The notes under the pieces were generated by a model. That model did not search any database, had not been told where the DNA came from, and worked only from the letters and a program-made list of their open reading frames with translations. Positions 51,189-62,359 of a stretch of DNA of 64,000 nucleotides are shown one piece after another (position 1 is the first letter of the stretch; every line of letters starts with the position of its first letter). This DNA comes from Mobula hypostoma. Taxonomy: Eukaryota. The stretch is from contig NC_086109.1 in the NCBI RefSeq assembly GCF_963921235.1, forward strand, positions 12,896,001 through 12,960,000, in the 5' to 3' direction. The position numbers and the translations under genes are program-made.

Positions 51189-51506
51189 AACCCGTGTCTG
51201 TTCCTTTGCTTCGATTTTCACCACCAAGTGGCTCAAGTTGTGGGGACTCCGTGTCAGTGTCCTGTGAGTCTGTCCATGGATCCCTTCCCATTCAGCACTC
51301 ATGGTATGAAAAGATGCCATCTGAGGATTCAAAGATCTCTGACACAAATAAACTGGATCTACATTGCCAATCCATAAAATACAGCAATCATATGTATTAT
51401 TGCAACGCCTCAAATGTTAATGGAACAAAGTCCAGTGGAATGGTCAGTGTGTCCATCTCCAACAGTGTCATCACCTGCAGAAATGTGATTGAAGTCAACA
51501 GTACGG
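51189..51506 (+). CDS. Ig C2-type exon subtype b (unit 3), intact
   Basis: ttccacag / G|GTAGGT, 318 nt; CESVHGSLPIQHSWY...YYCNASN. Confidence 0.88.
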
Positions 51507-53099
51507 GTAGGTGCTGGAGGGTTTGAATCTTTATGATGGTCGATGGAGTACAACTGAATGACTGATGTGTGCTGGATATTGTGTTGTCGGAACTTCACTC
51601 AGCAGCATTAAGTGTATGTTGTCACCATGTTTCAGAGAATGAAAAGCTTTTGGCACAGCCATTCAAATGTGAGTCTCTCGGCACAGGGTCTCCTGTCTCT
51701 GATCTGACTCTTGCTGGCTGAGTGTGAATGTGTCTCATCTGGTAATATTTCTGGCCATTCATTAATATAGTTCTTCCAAGTTAAACCACTTCAAAGTTGA
51801 AAATAAATTACGTTTTTGTCACCATATACTACCCCGAGATCCATTTTCTTGCAGGCATTCACAGTAGATACAAATGAATACAACAGACTCTATGTAAAAC
51901 TACACACAATCAAAAATGGTCAAACAATCAATGTGCAAAATAAGACAAATTGTGCAAATACAAAAGAAACAAATAATAAATAAATAAATAACAAGAGAAT
52001 ACCTGCAGATGCTGGAAGCACTACACACAAATTTCTGGACGTACTCAGAAGGCCAGGCAACATCTACTGAAAAGAGACATCAGTCATCATTTCGGGCTGA
52101 GACCCTTCATCAGGACTGGAAAGAAAAGCAGATTAGAAGTCAAAGTAAGAAAGTCGGTGGGAGGAGATGGAGAAGTACAAGGTAATAGGTGATAGGTGAA
52201 ATCAAGAGAGTGGGAGGGGTGAAGTAAAGATGAAAGCGATAAAGGGCTGGAGAAGGGGAAATCTGACAGGAGGGGACAGAAGGCCATGGAAAGCAGGGAA
52301 AGTGGAGGAGCACCAGGGGGAGGCAATGGGCAGGTTTGCAGAATGGTGAGAGAGGGAAAGGGGAATGGGGAAAGGTAAAGGAGATAAATAAATAAATAAA
52401 TATATATATATATATACTGAGAGGATGAACTGTAGAATCCTTGAAAGTGAGTCCATTGGTTGCAGAATCAGTTCAGTGCTGGTGAGTGAATTTATCCATG
52501 ATGATTCAGGAGCCTAAAGGTTGAAGATAATAACTGGTCCAGAATCTGGTGATACGGGATCTAAGCCTCCTGCCACTCTTTCGTTCTGACAGCAGCAAGA
52601 AGAGAGCATGGCTTGGATGGTAGGGGTTCTTGCTGCTTTGACACGCTCTTGTGCCCGGGACTCACCGCCTCGATTTGGCCCATACCCGATCTTTCCTTTC
52701 TGGCCTGAGGCTTAAATTGGTCAAACATTGACTCGAGCCTCACTCTTGGGCCACCAGCATTGTCAGCAGATTTGGTTCAATGAAGGATGTTCTTGTTAAG
52801 AAAGAAGGCAAGCAAAGGATCACCAGACTGATTTCTGAAATGCCACAATTGACACAAGATCAGAGATTTGGTTGATTGGGTTTATTTGATGGAGTTCAGC
52901 AGGCTGAGAGGTGATCACATAGAAATGAGCAATATTTTAACACGGTGATACAGATGCAGGTAGGATGCTTCCAATGCCAGGGAATACAGGATAGTCTATG
53001 GAGTCTTACCACAAGAGAACCACAAACTTGTTGTTAGATTTGGAGGTTTGCATGCCTCAATGACCCAGAGAGCTACATTGGCTGGAGTGAGGGCTTTAT

Positions 53100-53437
53100 G
53101 CTTTGGCTGTTCATCGGGTCACCCATGCCAAAGAGGTCAAAGGGTAGAGGCCAGACTTAGAGTGGTCCCCCAATCCTCCAGATTCGGGGGATTCACTCAG
53201 GACTGACAGGCCTGACTGGTTAAACAAAATTGTCATGGAAACAGGAATGAAAAATCCTTTTCCATCAGAGTTTGACGGTATTGCTCGGTCTCTACCTGGG
53301 ACTTGCATGACTGACAGCAATGAAAACCGAGAGGAATCTATTGACACAATGAAAGAAGCCCCGAACACTGCCAGAGGTAGGAGACCTTCACTGCTGCCCT
53401 AAACACCAGTGGTGTAATGGACAGTAAGTAAGTAAGC
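53100..53437 (+). mobile_element. RTE-type LINE 3' end
   Basis: KEAPNTAR...AALNTSG ending in a (GTAA)n tail at about 53424-53436. Confidence 0.5.
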
Positions 53438-53595
53438 TTGGAATCTTCGAAATAATCTGAGGGGTGAGACACTTAAGACTGGGATTAGGAAAGATTTCTT
53501 CTCCCAAAATGTGGTGACCTGTATTCAAGAAAGATTGAGTTATTTTTCTCAGAGGTTGAGACATCAAGAGACATGAGAAAAAAATGACCTTGCTT

Positions 53596-54628
53596 TTTCA
53601 TTGAGAAAACCTCCTGCATTATCCTGTTGGATAAAAAGTGTACTTGAACCATTATCTCCTTGTATCCAAATTGCCAGTAACTTCTGCCACCTCCAACGGG
53701 ATCCCACCACTAAGCGCATCTTTCCCTCCCCCCCTCTCTCTGCATTCCGCAGGGATTGCTCCCTACACAACTCCCTTGTCCATTCGTCCCCCCCATCCCT
53801 CCCCACTGATCTCCCTCCTGGCACTTATCCATGTAAGCGGAACAAGTGCTACACATGCCCTTACACTTCCTCCCTTACCACCATTCAGGGCCCCAAACAG
53901 TCCTTCCAGGTGAGGCAACACTTCACCTGTGAGTCGACTGGGGTGATATACTGCGTCTGGTGCTCCCGATGTGGCCTTTTATATATTGGCGAGACCCGAC
54001 GCAGACTGGGAGACTGCTTTGCTGAACATCTACGCTCTGTCCGCCAGAGAAAGCAGGATCTCCCAGTGGCCACACATTTTAATTCCACATCCCATTCCCA
54101 TTCTGACATGTCTATCCACAGCCTCCTCTACTGTAAAGATGAAGCCACACTCAGGTTGGAGGAACAACACCTTATATTCCATCTGGGTAGCCTCCAACCT
54201 GATGGCATGAACATCGACTTCTCTAACTTCCGCTAAGGCCCCACCTCCCCCTCGTACCCCATCTGTTACTTATTTTTATGCACACATTCTTTCTCTCACT
54301 CTCCTTTTTCTCCCTCTGTCCCTCTGAATATACCTCTTGCCCATCCTCTGGGTCCCCCCCCCCCGTCTTTCTTCCTGGACCTCCTGTCCCATGATCCTCT
54401 CGTATCCCCTTTTGCCTATCACCTGTCCAGCTCTTGGCTCTATCCCTCCCCCTCCTGTCTTCTCCTATCATTTTGGATCTCCCCCTCCCTCTCCAACTTT
54501 CAAATCCCTTACTCACTCTTCCTTCAGTTAGTCCTGACGAAGGGTCTCGGCCTGAAACGTCGACTGCACCTCTTCCTACAGATGCTGCCTGGCCTGCTGC
54601 GTTCACCAGCAACTTTGATGTGTGTCAC
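53596..54628 (+). mobile_element. Penelope-like element 3' part: GIY-YIG endonuclease ORF (53601-54236) plus pseudo-LTR tail
   Basis: CYTC...FTCESTGVIYC.WC..CGLLYIGETRRRL..CFAEH...HF...LGSLQPDGMN. Confidence 0.9.
54530..54565 (+). ncRNA. Minimal type I hammerhead ribozyme motif (Penelope-associated)
   Basis: AGTC-CTGACGA-AGGgtctcggCCT-GAAA-CGTC-GACT: both core boxes, stem I, 3-bp stem II, palindromic ACGT stem III, GUC cleavage triplet. Confidence 0.7.
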
Positions 54629-57309
54629 CAGTAAATGTAATAGGTTGCACAGGAGCACAGCAATTACTGTAACAGTATTACAGCACCAGCGATCAGTGAT
54701 CAGGGTCCAATTCCCACCACTGTTTGCAAGTTGTTTGTACGTTCTCCCAGTGAGAGCCTCAACATCACATCCCTGCTCCTATACTCTATTCCTCTAGAAA
54801 TGAATGCCAACATTGTATTCGCCTTCTTCACTACTGACTCAACTCAGGTTAGGATGAGTAAATCCTGAGGAAGCCATTTTGGTGCGAGAAGCATGGAACA
54901 CTTGCAGGCTGCCCCCAGCACAAACTCTGTTGGTCACTGTTGTAAACAATGCATTTCACTGTATGATCTGATGTACATGAGACAAATAAATCTCATCTTT
55001 AATCTTTAAGTGTTCATCGGGTAATAGATCACCTTTGGTCCATCGTGCTCAAGTACCTATTGGTCTAACAATTGTGATCTCTTGTTCTTGCAAGTACAAT
55101 GCAGATGAAATTTTATTTTATTTTCTTTTAACTGGGCCAATTGATTTCTGTGAAAAGACTGTGACAGAATTGATGACAACTGCACAAAGGGAAGAAACTA
55201 CTTCAGCTCAAATGTAAAGTATAAGGTTTTCTCTGCAGGTGGTTTCACTGCTACTGCTTCCAAGTAGAATCAGTTGGGAGAGAAATTTGTTTCTCTTTAA
55301 CTAGTGTTTATCATATTTGACATGATTAACTTCAACAAACTCATATCTTGGAAACTGAGCATTCCTGATTTTGTTGAACATGCGTCAAGCCTGAGATCAA
55401 AGATAAATTTCTTTTCCCAAATTATTTAATAATTTAAGCATAGCAATTGAAGCTCATGTACAGAATCGTAATGTCTTTGTTATATATTAGATCAACAGGC
55501 CCTTCAGCCTGACTCGTTCAAGCCAACCAGGATGTCCATCTAAGTTGAGCACATTTAATTTTATTTATTCCATATGCTTCTCTGCCAGGGGCTCCCAACC
55601 TGGGGTCAAGTCCAGTCCAGTCCAGTCAAGTGAAGTTTATTATCATTTAACTACATACATGTATACTGTCCAGTGAGGCAATGTTTCTCCAAACCAAGGT
55701 GTAAAGCACTGCAGTATACATAATGCTTAATAACCTATGAAAGTGAGAATGAAATTTACAGATTAATTACACGTTAATAAACTGAAGTGCCTGAATTATG
55801 TTTTGAAAGGTCCAGGGCATAAAAAAGTTTGTGAAGCCCTGTTCTAAGCCTTTCCTATTCACATATCTGTCAAGATGTCTTTTAACCTTTGTAACTGTAT
55901 CCACTTCTATGGATTGCTGTGGCAGCTTGTTCCATATACCCAAGATCCTCTGTATATAAAGTTGCTCCTTAGGTCCTTTCCCTACTCAATTTTAGCCTGC
56001 ACCTGCTCACTTTACTGTCCCCTCCCCTTGTAAAATGACAGTGATCATTCACCTTATCAATGCCCCTCATGATTTTATATACCTCTGTTAAATGACCCAT
56101 CAGTATTCTAAGCTCCAGGGCAAAAGTCTCAGCCTATCCAACCCTCCATTATAACTCTAGCACTCCATTCTCAGGATTTTCCTCATGGTTTTTCTGCGGC
56201 ACCCTTTCGAGTCTAATGATATCTCACTAACGTCTTATACAGCCATAACATCATAAAATAATCTTGTACAGTACTCACCACCCTGGACAACAAAGTAAAT
56301 GTACCAAATGCCTTTTTCAGTACCCTGTTTACCCATGACACCACTTTCAGGTAACAAGGTACCTGGAAGCCTCGATCTCTTTTCTGAACATTCTCCTACC
56401 ATTTTACTGTGTATGTCTTGCCCTGGTTTACCTTATTAAAATCCAATACCTCCAATTTGAAAAACCCCACTACAACCTGCTAACTCCTTCCACCAAGCCG
56501 CTGTTATATTTAATTTGGTACCTGAATCTGAATCCTGAATCCCATGTTGATCTAAACCTCTGGAGTAGTGTACATCTGGGTCCTTGTCAAAGGCCTTACT
56601 AAGGTTCATGTGGACAACATCCATTGCCCTACTCTCATTAATCCTTTCTGTCTGTAATGAGCTCGTTGTGCCTATGTGGGGAGCCGGAGACCATTGAGCT
56701 TCGAAGTTTTTAGAGCACCTGAATTATTTAATTGTAGTTTGACAAGAGTCATTAATCCTTTAGAGATCCTTGGGTGTTTATTGAATGACTCACTCTTTGT
56801 AATATGGACCCTGGTGCTTTCTGTTTAAACTTGTTAAGCTTATTTTAATAGGCTCAGGAATTCCATGTTACTTGTATTACTTAAGCGGATGCCTGATTAG
56901 CGCTAATCATAGGGTCCAATTTGAGAGCATTTGGTCTTGCATTCACTGCAGGCTTTCTGCTGGGTCTGTTGGAGATGTTCCACAGTCCAGAGGAGAAAAG
57001 ATTTTGACATGACACCAGTGAGAACTCAACAATCAATGTCCAAACCAGTGTGGGATATGGAGGGAGTTGACTTTTGTAGGAGAGCTAGTTTTAAGCAGAT
57101 GCAGTGTTTCCTTTCTTAGATCCTTTACTGTGAGTGCAGAAGGATCTGTAGATCCTCAGCTTCTCCCCACATCCTGATTGTTATACACATGTGTTCATAC
57201 ATACATAATTATACTTTATGGATATTTGTAATAATTTATATTTTTAATCGATTTTAATACTCTTCACTGACATGGTAAAGCAGCCAATCAACTTGAAGAC
57301 CCAACTATC

Positions 57310-59990
57310 CATAAGACTATAGGGTATAGGAGCAGAAGTAGGCCATTTGGCCCATCGAGTCTGCTCCGCCATTCAATCATGGGCTGCTCCAATTCTTCCA
57401 GTCATCTCCACTCACCTGCCTTCTCCCCATACCCTTTATTCCCCATAGCTCTTGATTACCCTGGCTAATCAAGAACCTATCTATTTCTGCCTCAAATACA
57501 CAGACTGACTTGGCCTCCACAGCTGCTCATGGCAAAACATTCCACAGATTTACCACTCTCTGAAAAGTAATTTTTCTGCATCTCTGTTCTAAATGGACAT
57601 CCTTCAATCCTGAAGTCATGCCCTCTTGTCCTCGACTCCCCTACCATGGGAATAACTTTGCCATTTCGTATCTGTTCAGGCCTTTTAACATTCGGAATGT
57701 TTCTATGAGAACCTCTCCTTATTTTCCTGAACTCCAGGAAATATAGCCCAAGAGCTCCCAGACGTTTCTCATACAGTAACTTTTTCATTCCTGGATTCAT
57801 TCTCATGAATCTTCAAGTGTGATCTCATAAGTGCCTTATAAACCCTCAACATCACATCCCTGCTCTTATATTCTACACCTCTAGAAATGAATGCCAACAT
57901 TGCTTTCGCCTTCACAACTGATTCAACCTGGGGGTTAACCTTTAGGGTATCCTGCACAAGGACTCCCAAGTCCCTTTGCATCTCTGCAGTTTGAATTCTC
58001 TCCCCATCTAAATAATAGCCTGCCCATTTATTTCTTCCACCAAACTGCATGACCATACTTTCCAACATTGTATTTCATTTGCCACTTCTTTGCCCATTCC
58101 CCTAAACTATCTAAGTCTCTTTGCAGGCTCTGTTTCCTCAACGCTACCCACTCCTCCACCTATCTTTGTATCATCAGCAAATTTAGCCACAAATCCCATA
58201 GACTAAATCATGTACATACATCGTAAAAAGCAACAGTCCCAACACCAACCCCTGTGGATCTCCACTGGTAACTGGGAGCCAGCCAGAATAGGATCCCTTT
58301 ATTCCCACTCTCTGCTTTCTGTCAATCAGCTAATGCTCCACCCATGCTAGTAACTTCCCTGTAATTCCATGAGCTCTTATCTTGCTAAGTAGCCTCATGT
58401 GCGGCACCTTGTCAAAGGCCTTCGGAAGATCCAAGTACACCACATCCACTGCATCTCTTTTGCTTTCCATGCTTGTAATTTCTTCAAAAAATTGCAGTGG
58501 GTTAGTCAGGCAGTATTTTCCTTTCAGGAAACTATGCTAGCTTTGGCCTATCTTGTAATATGCCTCCAGGTACTCCGTAATTTCATCCCTAACAATCAAT
58601 TCCAACAACTTCCCAACCACTGATGTCAGCCTAACAGGTCTATAGTTTCCTTTCTGCTGTCTGCCACCCATCTTAAATAGCAGAATAACATTTGCAATTT
58701 TCCAGTCATCTGGTACAATGCCAGAATCTATTTATTCTTGAAAGATTATTGCCAATGCCTCCACAATCTCTCCAGCTTCTTCCTTCAGAACCCAAGGGTA
58801 CATTCCATCAGGTCCAGGAGATTTATCCACCTTCAAACCATTAAGCTTCCTGAGCACCTTCTCAGTCATAATTTTCACTGCACATATTTCACTACCCTGA
58901 CACTCTTGAATATCTGGTACACTGCAAATGTCTTCCACTGTGAAGACTGATGCAAAATATGCCATCTCTGTGTCTATCATTACAATATCTCCAACGGCAT
59001 TTTTTATTGCTCCTATATCTACCCTCGACTCTCTTTTACCCTTCATATACTTAAAAAAGCTTTTAGTATCTTCTTTGATATTAGTTACCAGCTTCCTCTC
59101 ATAATTCATTTTTTCCTTCCTAATGACCTTCTTAGTTTCCTTCTGCAAGTTTTTAAAAGTTTCCCAATCCTCCATCTCCCCACTAGCTCTGGCTTCCTTG
59201 TATTCCCTCTCTTTTGCTTTTACTTTGGCTCTGACTTCACTTGTCAGCCATGGTAGTGTCCTTCTTCACTCAAAAATTTCTTCTCATTTGGAATATATCT
59301 GCTTTGCACTTCCCTCATTTTTCGCAGAAACTCCAGACATTGCTGCTCTGCTGTCCTTCCTGCGAGTGTCCCTTTTCAATCAACTTTGGCCAGTTCCTCT
59401 CTCATGCCATTGTAACTTCCTCTATTCCACTGAAATACAAACATATTTGATTTTAGTTTCTCCTTCTCAAATTTCAAAGTGAACGATCATATTGTGATCA
59501 CTGTTCCTTAAGATTTCCTTAACCTTAAGCTCTCTTATCACCTGCGGATCATTGCACAACACCCAATCCAGCACAGCCTCGTGGGCTCAACAGCAAGATG
59601 TTCTAAAAGCCATTCCTTGGACATTCCACAAATCCTCTCTCTTGAGGTCCAGTACTGACCTGGTTTTCCCAATCCGCTTTCATGTTAAAATCCCCAAATC
59701 ATGACATTGCCCTTATGACATGCCCTTTCTATCTCCTGCTGAAGTTTGTAATCCATATCCCGGCTGCTGTTTGGAGGTCTGTACACAACTGCCATTAGGG
59801 TCCTTTTACCCTTGCCATTTCTTAACTCAACCCATACACCTACACCTTCCAATCCTATGTCATCCCTTTCTAATGATTTAATATTATTTCTTACACACAG
59901 GGTCACACCACCCCTTCTGCCTACTAACCTATCTTTCCGATATACTGTATATCCTTGGACGTTCAGCTCTCAATAGCAGTCGTTTTTTAG
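57310..59990 (-). mobile_element. CR1 LINE, about 2.7 kb, with internal deletions
   Basis: Endonuclease to RT remnants (VWVELRNGKGKRTL, KSPGPDGMYP.VLKE, RDLGVLV) and 3' tail near 57310. Confidence 0.88.
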
Positions 59991-61055
59991 CCACTGACGT
60001 ACTCTCTTCCTCTCCCCTCCTATTGGGAAGAAATTACAAAAGTCTGAAAGCATGTACCACAAGCTTCAAGGACAGCTTCTTTCTCACTGTTACAAAACTA
60101 TTGCATGCTCTCATAGTATGATAAAATGGGTGTTTGATCTTATAATCTAACTGGGCTTGCACCTTATTGTCTACTGCATGGCACTTTCTCTGTAACCGTA
60201 ACACTTTATTCTGCATTCTCTTACTGTTTCCCCTTGTACTACCTTAATGCAATGTTATAATCTGTCACTTACTCCATTCAAATGTGGAGCATTTCAAACA
60301 TAGTTGAACTTGCACATCCAAGTTTCAAACTGTCCGAGCCTGTCCATAGCCCAAACCCTCCAGTCCCAGCAGCATCTTTGTGAATGCTCTCTGTACCTTC
60401 TCTAATTTAATCAAATTCTTCCTATGGAACTACACAGAGTAGTCAAGTTGAGATCTTGTCAATGTCCTTTATAGCTCTAACATGCCATTGCAACCGTACT
60501 TAATGCCCCATTCAATGAAGGCAAGCTGGTCATATTCCTTGTTCAGCACTTTGTCCGCCTGTGTTGCCACTTTCAGGTACCTGTGTAGTTGCATACCTAG
60601 TTCTCTACTGTGTAAGTTTTGCCCTTGTTCAATTTCCCAAAATTCATCATTTCACATTGCCTGAGTTCAATTCCATCAGTCATTCCATTAGCCGCTTTCC
60701 AAGTTCAAAATTCAGGGTAAACTTATTATCAAAGTATGTATACCATAAACAACCTGGAGATTCATCATCTTTCACACATGCACGAAAGAAAGAAACACAA
60801 TAGAATCCATGACAACCCACACACAACGAAGTCCGACAAATGTCCAATGTGCAAAAGAGGCTTTAAATAAAACATCTTTTATTAATATTGTTGCTTTCTT
60901 TATCATTTTTTTGTTTTTGTGCTGCTTCAGATCCAGAGGAACAATGATTTTGTTCTCCTTTACATTTGTATACAAGAAATGACATTAAACAATCTTGAAT
61001 CTACTTGTGTAAATTTGATTTTACCTGTAAATTTTCTGAAGAATTTCTCCCTCAG

Positions 61056-61243
61056 TTTTGGGTGCTTTATGGGCAGAAGATAAAATAAGAGGAGTGATCA
61101 CAATCGATTGTCACTATGCACCAATATACAGTTCACACACAAAGTATTTGTGCCACATGTGGGATCGCCAGAGCACATTGTTAGTGAATACAAATGGGCA
61201 AAGTGAACAATATGGAAGAATAATAATCAGAGATGACACATGA
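61056..61243 (+). pseudogene. 5' half of a third V exon (subtype B) in unit 3
   Basis: Intact ccctcag acceptor; 12-nt deletion (VGRA missing), C' Cys changed to Ser, TGA after RDDT where the sequence joins a LINE fragment. Confidence 0.85.
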
Positions 61244-61656
61244 GAGGAGAAGTTGGTATTCTGCTAAAAAAAGGGATGTAATTGAACTAGATGTAATGCA
61301 GAAAAGATTTCAAAGCTCAAAATAAATTTATTATACAAGCCTGAGATTCATCTTCTCGCGGGCATACACAGTAATTCCAACAATCATAATAGTATCAATG
61401 AATGACTGTAATGCAAGATGTTGCCACTGCCTCGAGAAAATCTGGTTTTGTTCCAAATGATAATCAGGTTTTTCTCCTTTCTCCAACTCATCGTTCAGTC
61501 AACACTAGTTTACTCTTCTAATTGAACTCATCTGCCTCTGCTTATCTACCGAGCTCCACTCCACTAAGGTTACAGAGGAAACAGGAGGTAAATGTTTCAA
61601 ACACAGAGCCATCTCGTTTTGTCTCATCAGTTCTGTATCTCTTCCCCTTTGCTCAG

Positions 61657-61747
61657 CTTCATGATATGGAAGGTTGGTCGTTGGCTGCTCTTCACTCTGC
61701 TGCTGATCTGCACTATTTCAGTCTCATGGTTCACAAGGGAAATTAAG
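61657..61747 (+). CDS. Candidate transmembrane exon (unit 3)
   Basis: FMIWKVGRWLLFTLLLICTISVSWFTREIK; same acceptor, donor and 91-nt length as 30769. Confidence 0.6.
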
Positions 61748-62359
61748 GTAGGCTTCTGGACGTCAGTGGAATTTGCTTTCAAATATACTGATCACTTGAG
61801 GGAAGACATTTAAATACATTGACTATTTCTTATCCAATGGTCAATCCAAAGCTATCTGCAGATGATATTGTCAAGATGTTGACACACTGTATGTCTGCAG
61901 AATGCTTGATGTGAATATATTGGAGTCCAAGCTCCAGATACAACTCTAAAGCAGAGTTCCCAGTGTCGATGAGTCTGATGATCTGACCGTTGCCTTTTAC
62001 AGAAGCCGGATGAATCAGCTCCTCCCAGACTGGTCTATAAGGTAAACTGAAGGCTTCTAGATCACACAGATTGTGCTGGAATTTCGCAGCAAGATCAAAT
62101 ATTCATACTTCTTCAGAATTTGTGCAAATTTAACATTTGTGGAGAATTAACTTCTCTTATCATTCATTATCAACTTCATGAAGGTGAAGAAATAATGTTA
62201 CCATACTTCAGGACATTGGCTCTTTTTAGCATTCCATTTCCAACATGTCACCTCCACAGATCTCAATCGTATGGTACCTTTTCACAATGTTTTCTTTTCA
62301 TTGCACAAGCAACAATTTTTAACCCTATCCTGGCAGTGAACTGCTTAAGATTGTTTTAC

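Noticed and set aside
21004-51506. Rearranging Ig/TCR/NAR V segments with RSS
   Set aside because: V exons are complete through the G strand and end in splice donors; scattered CACAGTG/CACTGTG heptamers have no adjacent spacer-nonamer that I could find
53161-53376. Open phase-1/1 segment with a GTAGG donor as the missing stalk exon
   Set aside because: No polypyrimidine tract; it continues into an RTE-type LINE 3' end with a (GTAA)n tail; it would not fix the TM phase anyway
55140-55217. Thr-rich TVTELMTTAQREETTSAQM as a mucin stalk exon
   Set aside because: No convincing acceptor/donor pair and no paralog in unit 2
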